A stretch of 64,000 bases of DNA from Myxococcota bacterium (GTDB taxonomy: Bacteria > Myxococcota_A > UBA9160 > UBA6930). The stretch is from contig OZ245015.1 in NCBI GenBank assembly GCA_965223705.1, positions 3,968,001-4,032,000 of the forward strand. Reading direction: 5' to 3'. The notes beneath the pieces are model-generated. The model had not been told where the DNA came from and did not search any database. It saw only the letters and a program-made list of their open reading frames with translations. Shown here one piece after another: positions 48,705-57,638 of the stretch (its first letter is position 1; each line of letters opens with the position of its first letter). The position numbers and the translations under genes were made by a program.

Positions 48705-49703
48705 CTAGAGCTTGAACGAGAGACTGACCGCGCCGAAGATCTGCTCGTCTTCCTGCGTCTCGAACTCTTCGGTACGCGCCACGACCGAGAACGCGATCTG
48801 TGTCCGCAACAACTGGATCACGATGCCGACCTGAACGTCGAGGACGAGCGGTCGCCGGTCGACCTCGAGGCTGTCGCGCCGCGTGTTGCCGTCGAGAAAA
48901 ATGTTGTAAGCCACGGCGCGCCCGGAGGCGCCGGCGAAGATGTACCACCCGAAGCTGTCGCTCGGCCGGAAGAACCCACCGCCGGCCAGGCTCGGGCGGA
49001 TCCGCGGCGGCCCGTAGTCGTCTTCGAGATCGTTGCCGATGCGAAGCGTGAGGCCCGCGGTCGCTTGGGTGAGCACGTTGCCGACAGAAAACCCGGCGTT
49101 CGGCGTGAGATCGATTCCGATCCGCGCCGCTTCCCACTCCGCGAGGGCGCGCCACTTGCGATCGAACGTCAAGACGACCCCGGCCTCGTGGCGGAGCTGG
49201 TTGTCCCAGCCGCGCGGCTCGTCCGAGTGAATCAGCTCGTGGACGTTCGTTTGAGTCCATTCGCCTCCCGCGTCGGGCCCGATCACACCGCCTTGAAGGG
49301 AGAGCGTGTCGAGGATTCGCCCGCGGCGCTCGACCACGATGGAGAGATCGGCGTAGAGCCAGCCGGCGTAGGGATGTTGGTCTGGCAGCGGCTGCGTCGC
49401 GCTGATGTCCTGAGGCGTGAACATGCTCTGGCCGAGTGCAAACCCGAACCGAACGATGTCCTCGTCTTCGGCCCCCATAAAGAGACCGGCGGCGCCTTGG
49501 ACGATTCCCCAAACCTGGTCGGGGCCCGTCAGGTAGCCGAGCCGGACACCGCTCGTGTAGTTGCGGTCGGTCCCCCCGGCGAGTGCGTCATTTTCGACGA
49601 GAAGCGACAGCGTGCCGCGGTCTTCGTACTTGTCGGCGTAAGCCGCCGTGGCCAACAAAAGGACGACGATGCCGGCGAAGACCGGTCGGGTTTTCACGTT
49701 CAA
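48705..49703 (-). CDS. LpxR-family (DUF2219) lipid A deacylase-like outer-membrane protein
   Basis: ENDA..TDRNYTSG, GQSMFTPQDI, PYAGWLY, GWDNQL, NIFLDGN. Confidence 0.85.
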   Translation of the reverse strand: MNVKTRPVFAGIVVLLLATAAYADKYEDRGTLSLLVENDALAGGTDRNYTSGVRLGYLTGPDQVWGIVQGAAGLFMGAEDEDIVRFGFALGQSMFTPQDISATQPLPDQHPYAGWLYADLSIVVERRGRILDTLSLQGGVIGPDAGGEWTQTNVHELIHSDEPRGWDNQLRHEAGVVLTFDRKWRALAEWEAARIGIDLTPNAGFSVGNVLTQATAGLTLRIGNDLEDDYGPPRIRPSLAGGGFFRPSDSFGWYIFAGASGRAVAYNIFLDGNTRRDSLEVDRRPLVLDVQVGIVIQLLRTQIAFSVVARTEEFETQEDEQIFGAVSLSFKL

Positions 49704-49836
49704 TCAAGCCTCCGTAGTGATCATCCCGTGCCGGCGCGAACTTACACGAATTCTAGAGTTAGGGAAGCTACCGACGAGACCTGGTAGGATTCCAGGGTGG
49801 GTGGGTGACGAGCTTGGACGTGACGTAGAGGTCGCC

Positions 49837-50736
49837 ATGCACTTCCCCCGCTGCTCAGTCCCTGTCCTGATTCTCGCTTTTCTCTCGACCGCGTCCGCAG
49901 CCAATCCGTGGACTACCTCCGCCATCGGCTTGAACTACATCGGCATCGGCGAGTGCGTTGTCGTGAACAGCTCCGGTGTTTCTCAGGATGTCCAAATATT
50001 TATCGTCGACTCGATGACGGGTGTACAGGTGGCGTCGACCCCTGGCTTCGCGAATATTGAAGCCAGCGAATCCGGCTCCCTCTCGTTCCAAGCGCTTCAC
50101 GCCGCGCGACGTGACTACTACTGCTTGGTGGTCTCGCCAAACGATATTGCACCGGTGCTCCGGGTCGCCTTCCGAAGAATCACCTTCGCGGGCGAAGTGA
50201 GCGACGAGTCCGACGGTCTGGCCCCCGGGTTCCGACCGGACCCCACAGACCCGGTGCTCACCGAATCTCGGCAATACGTGCCTTACAACGTGAGCTTTGA
50301 GAACGATGCGACCGTGTGCGATGCACCCGGCGGTTCGAGTGACACCAACACCCTCGTCATCAACTCGAATGAGCCGTTCACCGTGACTTCGGTCCGGCTT
50401 GGAATCGACAACACCGTTCACGCTGACGATTTCGTCAAGCTCAGCTCGATCAAGGTCGACGGCCACACACTCTTCTTCAAGACGCCGGAGCTGGACATCG
50501 ACTTCAACGGCGGTCCCTTCGACGTACTGGGGGGAAGCTTTGGAGGGCCGGACGGTGCCTCCTTCATCAATACACCCCGAGAACTCGCTTCGGAAGCTCT
50601 TCCCGGCAACGACATCGAGATCCAGTTGCAGTGCTCCGCCGGAGTGGATGGACCCAGCGTGTTGCTGAGCGATGTTCAGGTTTCCGGATGGCGCCGGGAG
50701 AACGCTCTGGTACAAGTGGAATTGCTCGACTTCTAA
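49837..50736 (+). CDS. Exported hypothetical beta-rich protein
   Basis: GAGG Shine-Dalgarno and ATG 49837; signal peptide ending TASA; no recognised family. Confidence 0.65.
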   Translation: MHFPRCSVPVLILAFLSTASAANPWTTSAIGLNYIGIGECVVVNSSGVSQDVQIFIVDSMTGVQVASTPGFANIEASESGSLSFQALHAARRDYYCLVVSPNDIAPVLRVAFRRITFAGEVSDESDGLAPGFRPDPTDPVLTESRQYVPYNVSFENDATVCDAPGGSSDTNTLVINSNEPFTVTSVRLGIDNTVHADDFVKLSSIKVDGHTLFFKTPELDIDFNGGPFDVLGGSFGGPDGASFINTPRELASEALPGNDIEIQLQCSAGVDGPSVLLSDVQVSGWRRENALVQVELLDF

Positions 50737-50757
50737 GAACGGCTCGGCTAGACAGCC

Positions 50758-51729
50758 CTAGCCGCTGGCCACGGACGCGAACGCTTCGAGCTCGCGCGGG
50801 ATGTCTGCTCCAGCGGGTTGGAAGGCGATCTCCGTGGCGCCGCCCGCCTCGATGGCGGCAATGCGGTCGCGCCAAGCGGCGCGGTCGAGCGCGAGCCCGC
50901 TGCTCGCGAGCCACTTGCCCGTCACGAACGGCCGGTCGTGGGCGTTGATGCCGACGAGGTGGCCATCGTGCATAACGAGATGCCGCGTTTCTCTGGGAAG
51001 CGCCTCGTAGGATTGCAACCAGTCCTTGCCGGTGTCGACCATGTCGAGCATGTCGTGTTCGACGGCGTAGTGGAACATGACGGCGCCACCGTGGCCAGCT
51101 GCGTCGAGAACGCGCGCGCTCCCCGGGTCTTCTCCGTCTTCTAGCACCGTGCCGACGATCAACGCGACGCTCCACTCGAAGTCGGGACACGCTTCGAACG
51201 GCGACAACACGCCCGCGGCTTCGGCCTTGGCCATGGCGACGCCTTTCGGTCCCCCCACCGCGTAGACGATCGGCACATCGATGGGGCGCTTCGCACCGTA
51301 GCCCGGCCAGTGGAGCATCTTGATCCGTCCACCCTCCCATTCCGCTTCCTCACCCCGCAGCAAGGCGCGGAGGACCCCGACGTAGCTCGATACAGACGAC
51401 CAGGTGAGCGGTCGGCGCCCCATACTGAGACAAGCCGTAAAGCCGGTGCCGACGCCGATCGAGACCCGCTCCTGGCCGGCCGCCTCGACCAGCGTCGCAA
51501 TCGCGGCCGCCGTCACCATCGGATGGCGGAGGTGCGGCACCAGCACACCGGGACCCAGGCCGATCCTTTCCGTCAAGTCGGCGGCGCGGCACAGCTGCAC
51601 CCAGACATCGGGATACAGGGCGGGCGAGTCGTAATACCAGGCGCGCTCGAACCCGAGTTGCTCGGCGATGCGGGTGTGCTCCGGAGTTTCGAGCGACGTC
51701 GCGAAAGCGCAAGAGAATTTCGTTGCCAC
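50758..51729 (-). CDS. LLM-class (Mer-like) oxidoreductase
   Basis: AEQLGFERAWYYDSPALYPDVW, IGLGPGVLVP, GVGTGFT. Confidence 0.88.
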   Translation of the reverse strand: MATKFSCAFATSLETPEHTRIAEQLGFERAWYYDSPALYPDVWVQLCRAADLTERIGLGPGVLVPHLRHPMVTAAAIATLVEAAGQERVSIGVGTGFTACLSMGRRPLTWSSVSSYVGVLRALLRGEEAEWEGGRIKMLHWPGYGAKRPIDVPIVYAVGGPKGVAMAKAEAAGVLSPFEACPDFEWSVALIVGTVLEDGEDPGSARVLDAAGHGGAVMFHYAVEHDMLDMVDTGKDWLQSYEALPRETRHLVMHDGHLVGINAHDRPFVTGKWLASSGLALDRAAWRDRIAAIEAGGATEIAFQPAGADIPRELEAFASVASG

Positions 51730-51753
51730 GGGCGATGACCTCCTCGGTCCGGC

Positions 51754-52686
51754 TCAGAGCTTCGACAAGAACTCGAAGGTGCGGTCGAAGGCTTCGGGAT
51801 CGACCTCGGCGATTGCGGCGTTGAGATCGGTGGCGCCGGCTGCCCGCACCCGCTCGAGGCCCTCCCGCAGCGTTGCCTCGTCGCCGAGGATCGCGAGATC
51901 GGCGGGGTCCGACACGCCCTCGCGGTCGAGCATCGCGCGGTAGCTCGGCAGCGTGCGGTAGACCTCGAGCCCCGCGGACAACTTCGCGCGCGCTTCGTCG
52001 GCGCGATCGGTCAGGGCGATCGGGAAGCCCGCGATGATACGAGGCGCGGCGCCTCGGCCTTCCGCCGCCCGAGCGATCGTCGGGCGGATATGTCCCTCGA
52101 GCGTCTTGGGCCCGACCATCCAGGTGATCGTGCCCTGCGTGAATCGACCCGCCAAGCGGAGCATCTGCTCGCCGAGAGCCGCCACGACGACGGGCACCGG
52201 TTCGACCCCGGCGGCCCCTACCGAGAGGCCGTGGACCCGATACTGCTCGCCGGAAAAGTTGACCTGCTCGCCGCGCAAGAGCGGTGCCAACACTTCGAGG
52301 TACTCGCGCATGTGACGCGCCGGACGCTCGTAGGACAGACCCAGCGCGTCTTCGATCATGACCTTGTGCGCGAGTCCGATCCCCAGCGTGAAGCGATTGC
52401 CGCTGGCAGCCGCCGCGGTAATCGCCTGTTGCGCAATGGCCGTGGGGTGCCGCGGATAGGTGGGCGTGACGGCCGTTCCCACCTCGATTCTCTGGGTCTC
52501 CCGTCCGGCGATAGCGACCGTCATGATAGCGTCGAGAGCGAACACGTTCGCCATCCACAAGGTGTCGAGGCCAGCGTTCTCCACTCGCTTGGCGAGTGCG
52601 CTGATCTCGTCCACCGTATGGCTTCGACCGATTTCGTTGACGTCCGCGCTGTTCGAGCGCGCGCCGGTCATGATTCCGATTCTCAT
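51754..52686 (-). CDS. LLM-class putative F420-dependent oxidoreductase (MSMEG_4879-like)
   Basis: GTAVTPTYPRHP, RFTLGIGLAH, VVAALGEQML, LPSYRAMLDREG. Confidence 0.88.
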   Translation of the reverse strand: MRIGIMTGARSNSADVNEIGRSHTVDEISALAKRVENAGLDTLWMANVFALDAIMTVAIAGRETQRIEVGTAVTPTYPRHPTAIAQQAITAAAASGNRFTLGIGLAHKVMIEDALGLSYERPARHMREYLEVLAPLLRGEQVNFSGEQYRVHGLSVGAAGVEPVPVVVAALGEQMLRLAGRFTQGTITWMVGPKTLEGHIRPTIARAAEGRGAAPRIIAGFPIALTDRADEARAKLSAGLEVYRTLPSYRAMLDREGVSDPADLAILGDEATLREGLERVRAAGATDLNAAIAEVDPEAFDRTFEFLSKL

Positions 52687-52734
52687 CGTTGGCTCCGTGG
52701 TGTTGTGCCCGCTGTGGGCGGCCGGGAGGCAAGG

Positions 52735-53913
52735 CTAGCTCACGTCGATGAGGCCTCTCTTCGCGAGCCAGGTCTTCGTCAACGCGACCGCCTCGGCGAG
52801 CTTGTCGGGCTGGCCGAGGTAATAGTGGGTGGCGCCCTCGATGCGTGCGTGCTCCTTCTCCGCGTGCTTCACCGCGGCGAAAATGCGCTTCGGGTGGGAC
52901 GGCAGGCACGCGTTGTCCGCCGAGTTCTCGACGACGAGCACCGGAACCGACACGTCCGCCGCGCACTTCGGCCCATCGGCCCGCGAGTGTCGATAAGACC
53001 ATTGCGAGAGCCAGGCCCGCAAGCTCGAGTAGCGGGCCAGCCCGGCCGGCATCATGTTGACGAGCCGCGGGTCTCCCATATAGGTAACCCCGGGCTCGCG
53101 ATCGTTCGGCTCGACGCTCGGGTCGAGCCAGCACGGCGCCGCCATCGTCCCGTGCACGATGAAGCCGCGTTCCTCGTGCGGGCGCCCCGCGCGTCGCAAC
53201 GAGTCGAGGGTCTCGAGCACCCAGGCGTCGATCTTCTCGGACCGCGCGATCTGTGCGGCGGCGTAGCGCTCGAGGAAAGCCTCGTTGTAAGGCGGTTGGT
53301 TCGGATTCCCGGGATCGTAGAGATCGAGCTCGGGGTCGCGGTCGTTGGGGTCGAGCTCATCACGGATCGAAGCGTCGATCCATTCCGTGAGGATGATGGC
53401 GCGGCTCACGTGGGCCGCGAGCTGAAGCACCGCGTCCGCAGGCTCGAGCTTCGCGCCCTTCACGTCGACGGGGTCTCCCGCGGGAGTCGTCTCGATCGAA
53501 GGCTTCTCCGCTTGGCTCTGATAGAACATCGAGAGCGACCCGCCCCCCGACCAGCCGGCGAGAACGACCCGCTCGTAGCCGAGCTTCTCCTTCGCGTAGC
53601 GGACGTACTGTCCGAGATCGAGAATGACCTTCTCCATGACCAGGGCGGAATCGTTGTGCGGATACCGCGAGCCACAGGTGAGGCACGGGATCCCCGCAGC
53701 CGCGAGCGCGTTCGGCATCGGCAGCAGGTTCATCACCCCGGTGGGATGCATGAAAACGAGCACCGTCTTCGCGTCGGTGCCCTTGGGGCGATGGTGCTGC
53801 CCCTCGACTGCGACCACGTCCGCGCCACCGCCGTAGGTCTCTTTGAATGGGCTCTTCTCTTGCCAGACGAGGTGGAAGGGAATGCGCTCGACTTCGTACT
53901 GCTGCTCGCTCAT
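52735..53913 (-). CDS. Alpha/beta hydrolase
   Basis: GWSGGG nucleophile elbow, ENSAD, GATHYY. Confidence 0.82.
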   Translation of the reverse strand: MSEQQYEVERIPFHLVWQEKSPFKETYGGGADVVAVEGQHHRPKGTDAKTVLVFMHPTGVMNLLPMPNALAAAGIPCLTCGSRYPHNDSALVMEKVILDLGQYVRYAKEKLGYERVVLAGWSGGGSLSMFYQSQAEKPSIETTPAGDPVDVKGAKLEPADAVLQLAAHVSRAIILTEWIDASIRDELDPNDRDPELDLYDPGNPNQPPYNEAFLERYAAAQIARSEKIDAWVLETLDSLRRAGRPHEERGFIVHGTMAAPCWLDPSVEPNDREPGVTYMGDPRLVNMMPAGLARYSSLRAWLSQWSYRHSRADGPKCAADVSVPVLVVENSADNACLPSHPKRIFAAVKHAEKEHARIEGATHYYLGQPDKLAEAVALTKTWLAKRGLIDVS

Positions 53914-54560
53914 GTGCGGACCTCTCCCGGGTCGCCGCTTGCACGCCCGGCCTTGGCGATTCCTTCGTTGGCCGCCTCGGCGATCTTGCTCTTCAGTACT
54001 TCCTTCTCGTCCCGTTCGCGTTTGGCGCCCGCGAGTCTCGCAGCGCGAACCGCCGCGGTACGCGAAATCCATTCGCCCATGACCCTCGGTCCGTTGGCGG
54101 CCTCCTCAGCGAGGATCGCGTCGTGACGATCGTCCCTCACCGTGAACTCCAGGTTGAGCCCATTGGGATCGAAAAAGTAGATCGAGTGACAGAAGTGGTG
54201 ATCGATCGGTCCAAAGACGGCGACGCCGTGCTCCTCGAGCCGACGCTTGAACGCGGTCAGTTCTTCCCGCGAGCCGACTTCCATGGCGACGTGAAACTCC
54301 TCGAGGCCATCCCGGATGGGGAACTTCTCCTCCTCGACGGTGTGCGGCAGGTCGAAGAACGCGATGAAGTTCTGATCGCCGAACTCGAAGAAGAGATGCA
54401 TGAACGGCTGATCCTTGCCCGTCGGGTCCTTCTCGAACGTCAGCGCAGCACGGAGAGGTAGCCCGAGGACGTCCTCGTAGAAATGACGGGTTTCCTCGGC
54501 GTCCCGGCATCGAAAAGCACTGTGATGAACGCCTCGGATCGGAGGTGCGGTTGTGGGCAT
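53910..54560 (-). CDS. VOC / glyoxalase family protein
   Basis: HHSAFRCRDAEETRHFYEDVLG, FHVAMEV, SIYFFDPNGLNLE. Confidence 0.88.
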   Translation of the reverse strand: MPTTAPPIRGVHHSAFRCRDAEETRHFYEDVLGLPLRAALTFEKDPTGKDQPFMHLFFEFGDQNFIAFFDLPHTVEEEKFPIRDGLEEFHVAMEVGSREELTAFKRRLEEHGVAVFGPIDHHFCHSIYFFDPNGLNLEFTVRDDRHDAILAEEAANGPRVMGEWISRTAAVRAARLAGAKRERDEKEVLKSKIAEAANEGIAKAGRASGDPGEVRT

Positions 54561-54648
54561 CGGCTTCTCTGCTCGCGGATCGCCGGAATCCGCGGAAATT
54601 TTCTACAATGGCGAGTACCGAGAATATCGCAGTTTCGAGGGCTCTCTC

Positions 54649-55026
54649 ATGGACGGTATGGAAAGCGACTGTGTCGAACGGATGTTCGCCGCCATCTCGC
54701 GGGGCGACATGGCGGCGTTCAAAACCTGCTTTACCCCCGGTGCGCTCATCTGGCACAACGACGACGAAAAAGAGCAAGACGTCGACGCGGTAGCCGCCGT
54801 GTTGGGCCACCTTCATGCGGCGAGTCAATCCGTAGCGTACGAGGAACAGCGGATCGTTCACTCGGGAAACGTCGTCTTCGTTCAGCATGTCCTCCGAGCA
54901 CCGCTCACGTCTGGCAACACACTTCGTCTACCGGCGATGATGCGGATCGAACTCGGCGATGACGGTCGCGTCGCGAGAATCGAAGAGTACTTCGACAGCC
55001 GCGCGACCGATTGTTTGCAGTCGTAG
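54649..55026 (+). CDS. SnoaL/NTF2-like protein
   Basis: FTPGALIWHN, FVQHVL, GRVARIEEYFDS. Confidence 0.8.
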   Translation: MDGMESDCVERMFAAISRGDMAAFKTCFTPGALIWHNDDEKEQDVDAVAAVLGHLHAASQSVAYEEQRIVHSGNVVFVQHVLRAPLTSGNTLRLPAMMRIELGDDGRVARIEEYFDSRATDCLQS

Positions 55027-55032
55027 CGCGGA

Positions 55033-56271
55033 ATGGAGAGATCGATGGAGTCGACCCAGTCACCGCCCGACGCGACCCGGGTTCCGTATCGCGTCTTCAC
55101 GGATCTCACACTCTACGAGTGCGAGCAGGAGACGATCTATCGCGGGCCCACCTGGAGCTATCTCGGGCTCGATGCGGAGCTTCCCGAGCCCGGGGATTTT
55201 CTGACGACCTTCGTCGGGGACACCCCCGTCGTCGTGACGCGTACCGAAGAGGGCTCGCTCGCAGCGTGGGTCAACCGTTGCGCGCACCGAGGGGCGATCG
55301 TTTGCCGCGAGCCGCGGGGCAACGCCACCTCGCACACCTGTGTCTACCATCAGTGGTGCTACGACACGCGCGGTCGCCTCGTCGGCCTTCCCTTCCGCCG
55401 CGGAATCGGTGGCAAGGGCGGAATGCCCAAAGACTTCGATCTAACGGCACACAGCCTGACGCCCTTGCGTGTCGAGAGCTACCACGGGCTCGTGTTCGCG
55501 ACCTTCGACCGGGAGCTCGAGCCTGTGGCCGACTACCTGGGGCCGGAGTTGCGACGGTACGTCGATCCGCTGATCGGGCGCCCCCTCCGGGTGCTGGGCT
55601 ACGCCAGTCAAACGATCGGGGCCAACTGGAAGCTGTATCTCGAGAATACCCGCGATCCGTACCATGCGAGTCTGCTTCATCTCTTCCACGCGACGTTTGG
55701 CCTCTATCGGTCTTCGATGAAAGGCGCGACCACGGTGGATTCCAAACGCGGTGTCCACTGCATCCTCACGCTCTTTCCCACCGAGGAGGAAGACCTTTCC
55801 GAGTACGAGTCCGATGCGGTTCGGAGTTATCAAGCCGGGACCCGACTCGCCGATGCATCGCTCCTCGACGGGCGCAAAGAGTTCGAGACCAACCTGGTGA
55901 TCGCGCAGGTCTTTCCGAGCCTCGTGATCCAACAAATCCAGAACACACTGGCCATGCGGCAGATCCTTCCGAAAGGCGTCGACCGCTTCGAGCTGCGGTG
56001 GACCTACTACGGTTTTGCGGACGATGACCCGGCGCTTTCCGAAATGCGGACCAAGCAAGCGAATTTCGTGGGCCCCGCCGGTCTCATCTCGATGGAAGAC
56101 GGGGAGGCCACCGAGCTGGTTCAGCGGGCTGTACAGCGGGATCCCGAGGTCGAATCGGTCCTCGAGATGGGGGGTCGCGAGCCGGGAAACGCGGATCACC
56201 TCGTGACCGAGGGAGCCCTCCGCTCCTTCTGGCTCGCCTATCGCGAATTCGTCGGAGAAGCCCTGTCGTGA
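55033..56271 (+). CDS. Rieske aromatic ring-hydroxylating oxygenase alpha subunit (salicylate 5-hydroxylase / terephthalate / anthranilate group)
   Basis: NRCAHRG..CVYHQW Rieske motif, ENTRDPYHASLLH, GPAGLISMEDGE. Confidence 0.9.
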   Translation: MERSMESTQSPPDATRVPYRVFTDLTLYECEQETIYRGPTWSYLGLDAELPEPGDFLTTFVGDTPVVVTRTEEGSLAAWVNRCAHRGAIVCREPRGNATSHTCVYHQWCYDTRGRLVGLPFRRGIGGKGGMPKDFDLTAHSLTPLRVESYHGLVFATFDRELEPVADYLGPELRRYVDPLIGRPLRVLGYASQTIGANWKLYLENTRDPYHASLLHLFHATFGLYRSSMKGATTVDSKRGVHCILTLFPTEEEDLSEYESDAVRSYQAGTRLADASLLDGRKEFETNLVIAQVFPSLVIQQIQNTLAMRQILPKGVDRFELRWTYYGFADDDPALSEMRTKQANFVGPAGLISMEDGEATELVQRAVQRDPEVESVLEMGGREPGNADHLVTEGALRSFWLAYREFVGEALS

Positions 56272-56756
56272 GCGAAGTTCCGTCGACCACCGAAGCGAGA
56301 CTTCTGGTGGAGTCCCTCCTCGCGGAGTACGTGCAGTGCATCGACGACGACGAGCTCGAGCAGTGGCCCGGCTTTTTCAGCGATCCGTGCCTCTACCGCG
56401 TCCTCTCCCGAGACTCGCACGAGCGGGGCTTGCCGGTTGCCGTCATTCACTGCGATAGCCGGGGCATGCTGGAAGACCGCGTGTTCTCTCTCCGCCACGC
56501 GAACATCTACGCCAAGCAGAATTACCGACACTTCCTCGGCCCCACGCAGGTGCGTTCCGTCTCTCCGGACGGCCTGATCGAGGCGCGAACCAACTATCAG
56601 GTGATTCGCACCCTCGCCGACGGTGCCACGGGAATCTTCAGCGTGGGCGTCTACATCGATCGGATCGAACTCCGCGACGGCGCGGCGCGCTTTTGCGAAA
56701 AGCTCGTCGTGTACGAGAACAGCAGCTTCGACACGCTGCTCGCGATCCCCCTGTAG
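56268..56756 (+). CDS. Aromatic ring-hydroxylating oxygenase beta subunit
   Basis: IDDDELEQWPGFF, SRGMLEDRV, DTLLAIPL; GTGA overlap with the alpha subunit gene. Confidence 0.9.
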   Translation: MSEVPSTTEARLLVESLLAEYVQCIDDDELEQWPGFFSDPCLYRVLSRDSHERGLPVAVIHCDSRGMLEDRVFSLRHANIYAKQNYRHFLGPTQVRSVSPDGLIEARTNYQVIRTLADGATGIFSVGVYIDRIELRDGAARFCEKLVVYENSSFDTLLAIPL

Positions 56757-56786
56757 GCCGGGACCATTCTGCGATAAGACACGGCG

Positions 56787-57617
56787 ATGGAAAACTTCGA
56801 AGGACGCGTGGCCGTCGTCACTGGCGGTGCTAGCGGGATCGGATTGGGAATCGCCCGCGCCCTGGCCGGTGCGGGAATGAAGCTGGTGGTGGCCGACCTC
56901 GACCCCGAGGCCATGGCCGCGGTGGAGACCGAGCTGTCGGCCGCCGGGGGCGAGGTGCTGACCAAGCGCTGTGACGTATCGAAGCTCGAGGAGATCGAGG
57001 CGCTGGCCGAGGCAGCCATCGAGCGGTTCGGCAAGGTCAACGTACTGTGCAACAACGCTGGGGTCGGCATCCCGACCGCCACCCACGACCTCAAACTCGA
57101 GGACTGGCGGTGGATCATCGACGTCGACCTGTGGGGACCGATCTACGGAATCAAAGTCTTCCTCCCCCTGATCGAGGAAGCCGGCGAGGGCCACATCAAC
57201 ACGACGTCGTCGATGGCCGGGCTGATCGCTCCCCGCATGATGGGAGCCTACAACGTGGCCAAGCACGGGGTGGTGGCGCTGATGGCCACCCTCGCGCGCG
57301 ATCTTCGCGGCCGCAAGAGCCCGGTGACGGCGTCGGTGCTGTGCCCCGGACCGATCAACACCAACATCAGTCGCAACTCGGTGACCTACCGACCGACCGG
57401 TACCAAGCCCGGCGCCGACGGTCGAACCGCCGGCAAGACCGCGGCCAGCATTCAGGCCGCACTCGAGCAGGGCATGGACCCCGACGAGGTCGGCCGCCTG
57501 GTGCTTGAGGCCATGGGCAAAGACCAGTTCTGGATCCTGACCCATCCCCAATGGACCAAGGCCATCCGGAACCAGCTCGACGCCATGGACGACGATCGAA
57601 GCCTGACCCGGGCCTGA
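56787..57617 (+). CDS. SDR oxidoreductase
   Basis: TGGASGIG, CNNAGV, YNVAK, LCPG. Confidence 0.9.
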   Translation: MENFEGRVAVVTGGASGIGLGIARALAGAGMKLVVADLDPEAMAAVETELSAAGGEVLTKRCDVSKLEEIEALAEAAIERFGKVNVLCNNAGVGIPTATHDLKLEDWRWIIDVDLWGPIYGIKVFLPLIEEAGEGHINTTSSMAGLIAPRMMGAYNVAKHGVVALMATLARDLRGRKSPVTASVLCPGPINTNISRNSVTYRPTGTKPGADGRTAGKTAASIQAALEQGMDPDEVGRLVLEAMGKDQFWILTHPQWTKAIRNQLDAMDDDRSLTRA

Positions 57618-57638
57618 TATCGAAAAGCGCGACGGGGC

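Noticed and set aside
47979..54126. Long alternative ORFs (47979-49787, 51350-53134, 52090-54126) and similar ones elsewhere
   Set aside because: They overlap recognisable genes in other frames or on the other strand and carry no motifs; such ORFs are expected in high-GC DNA.
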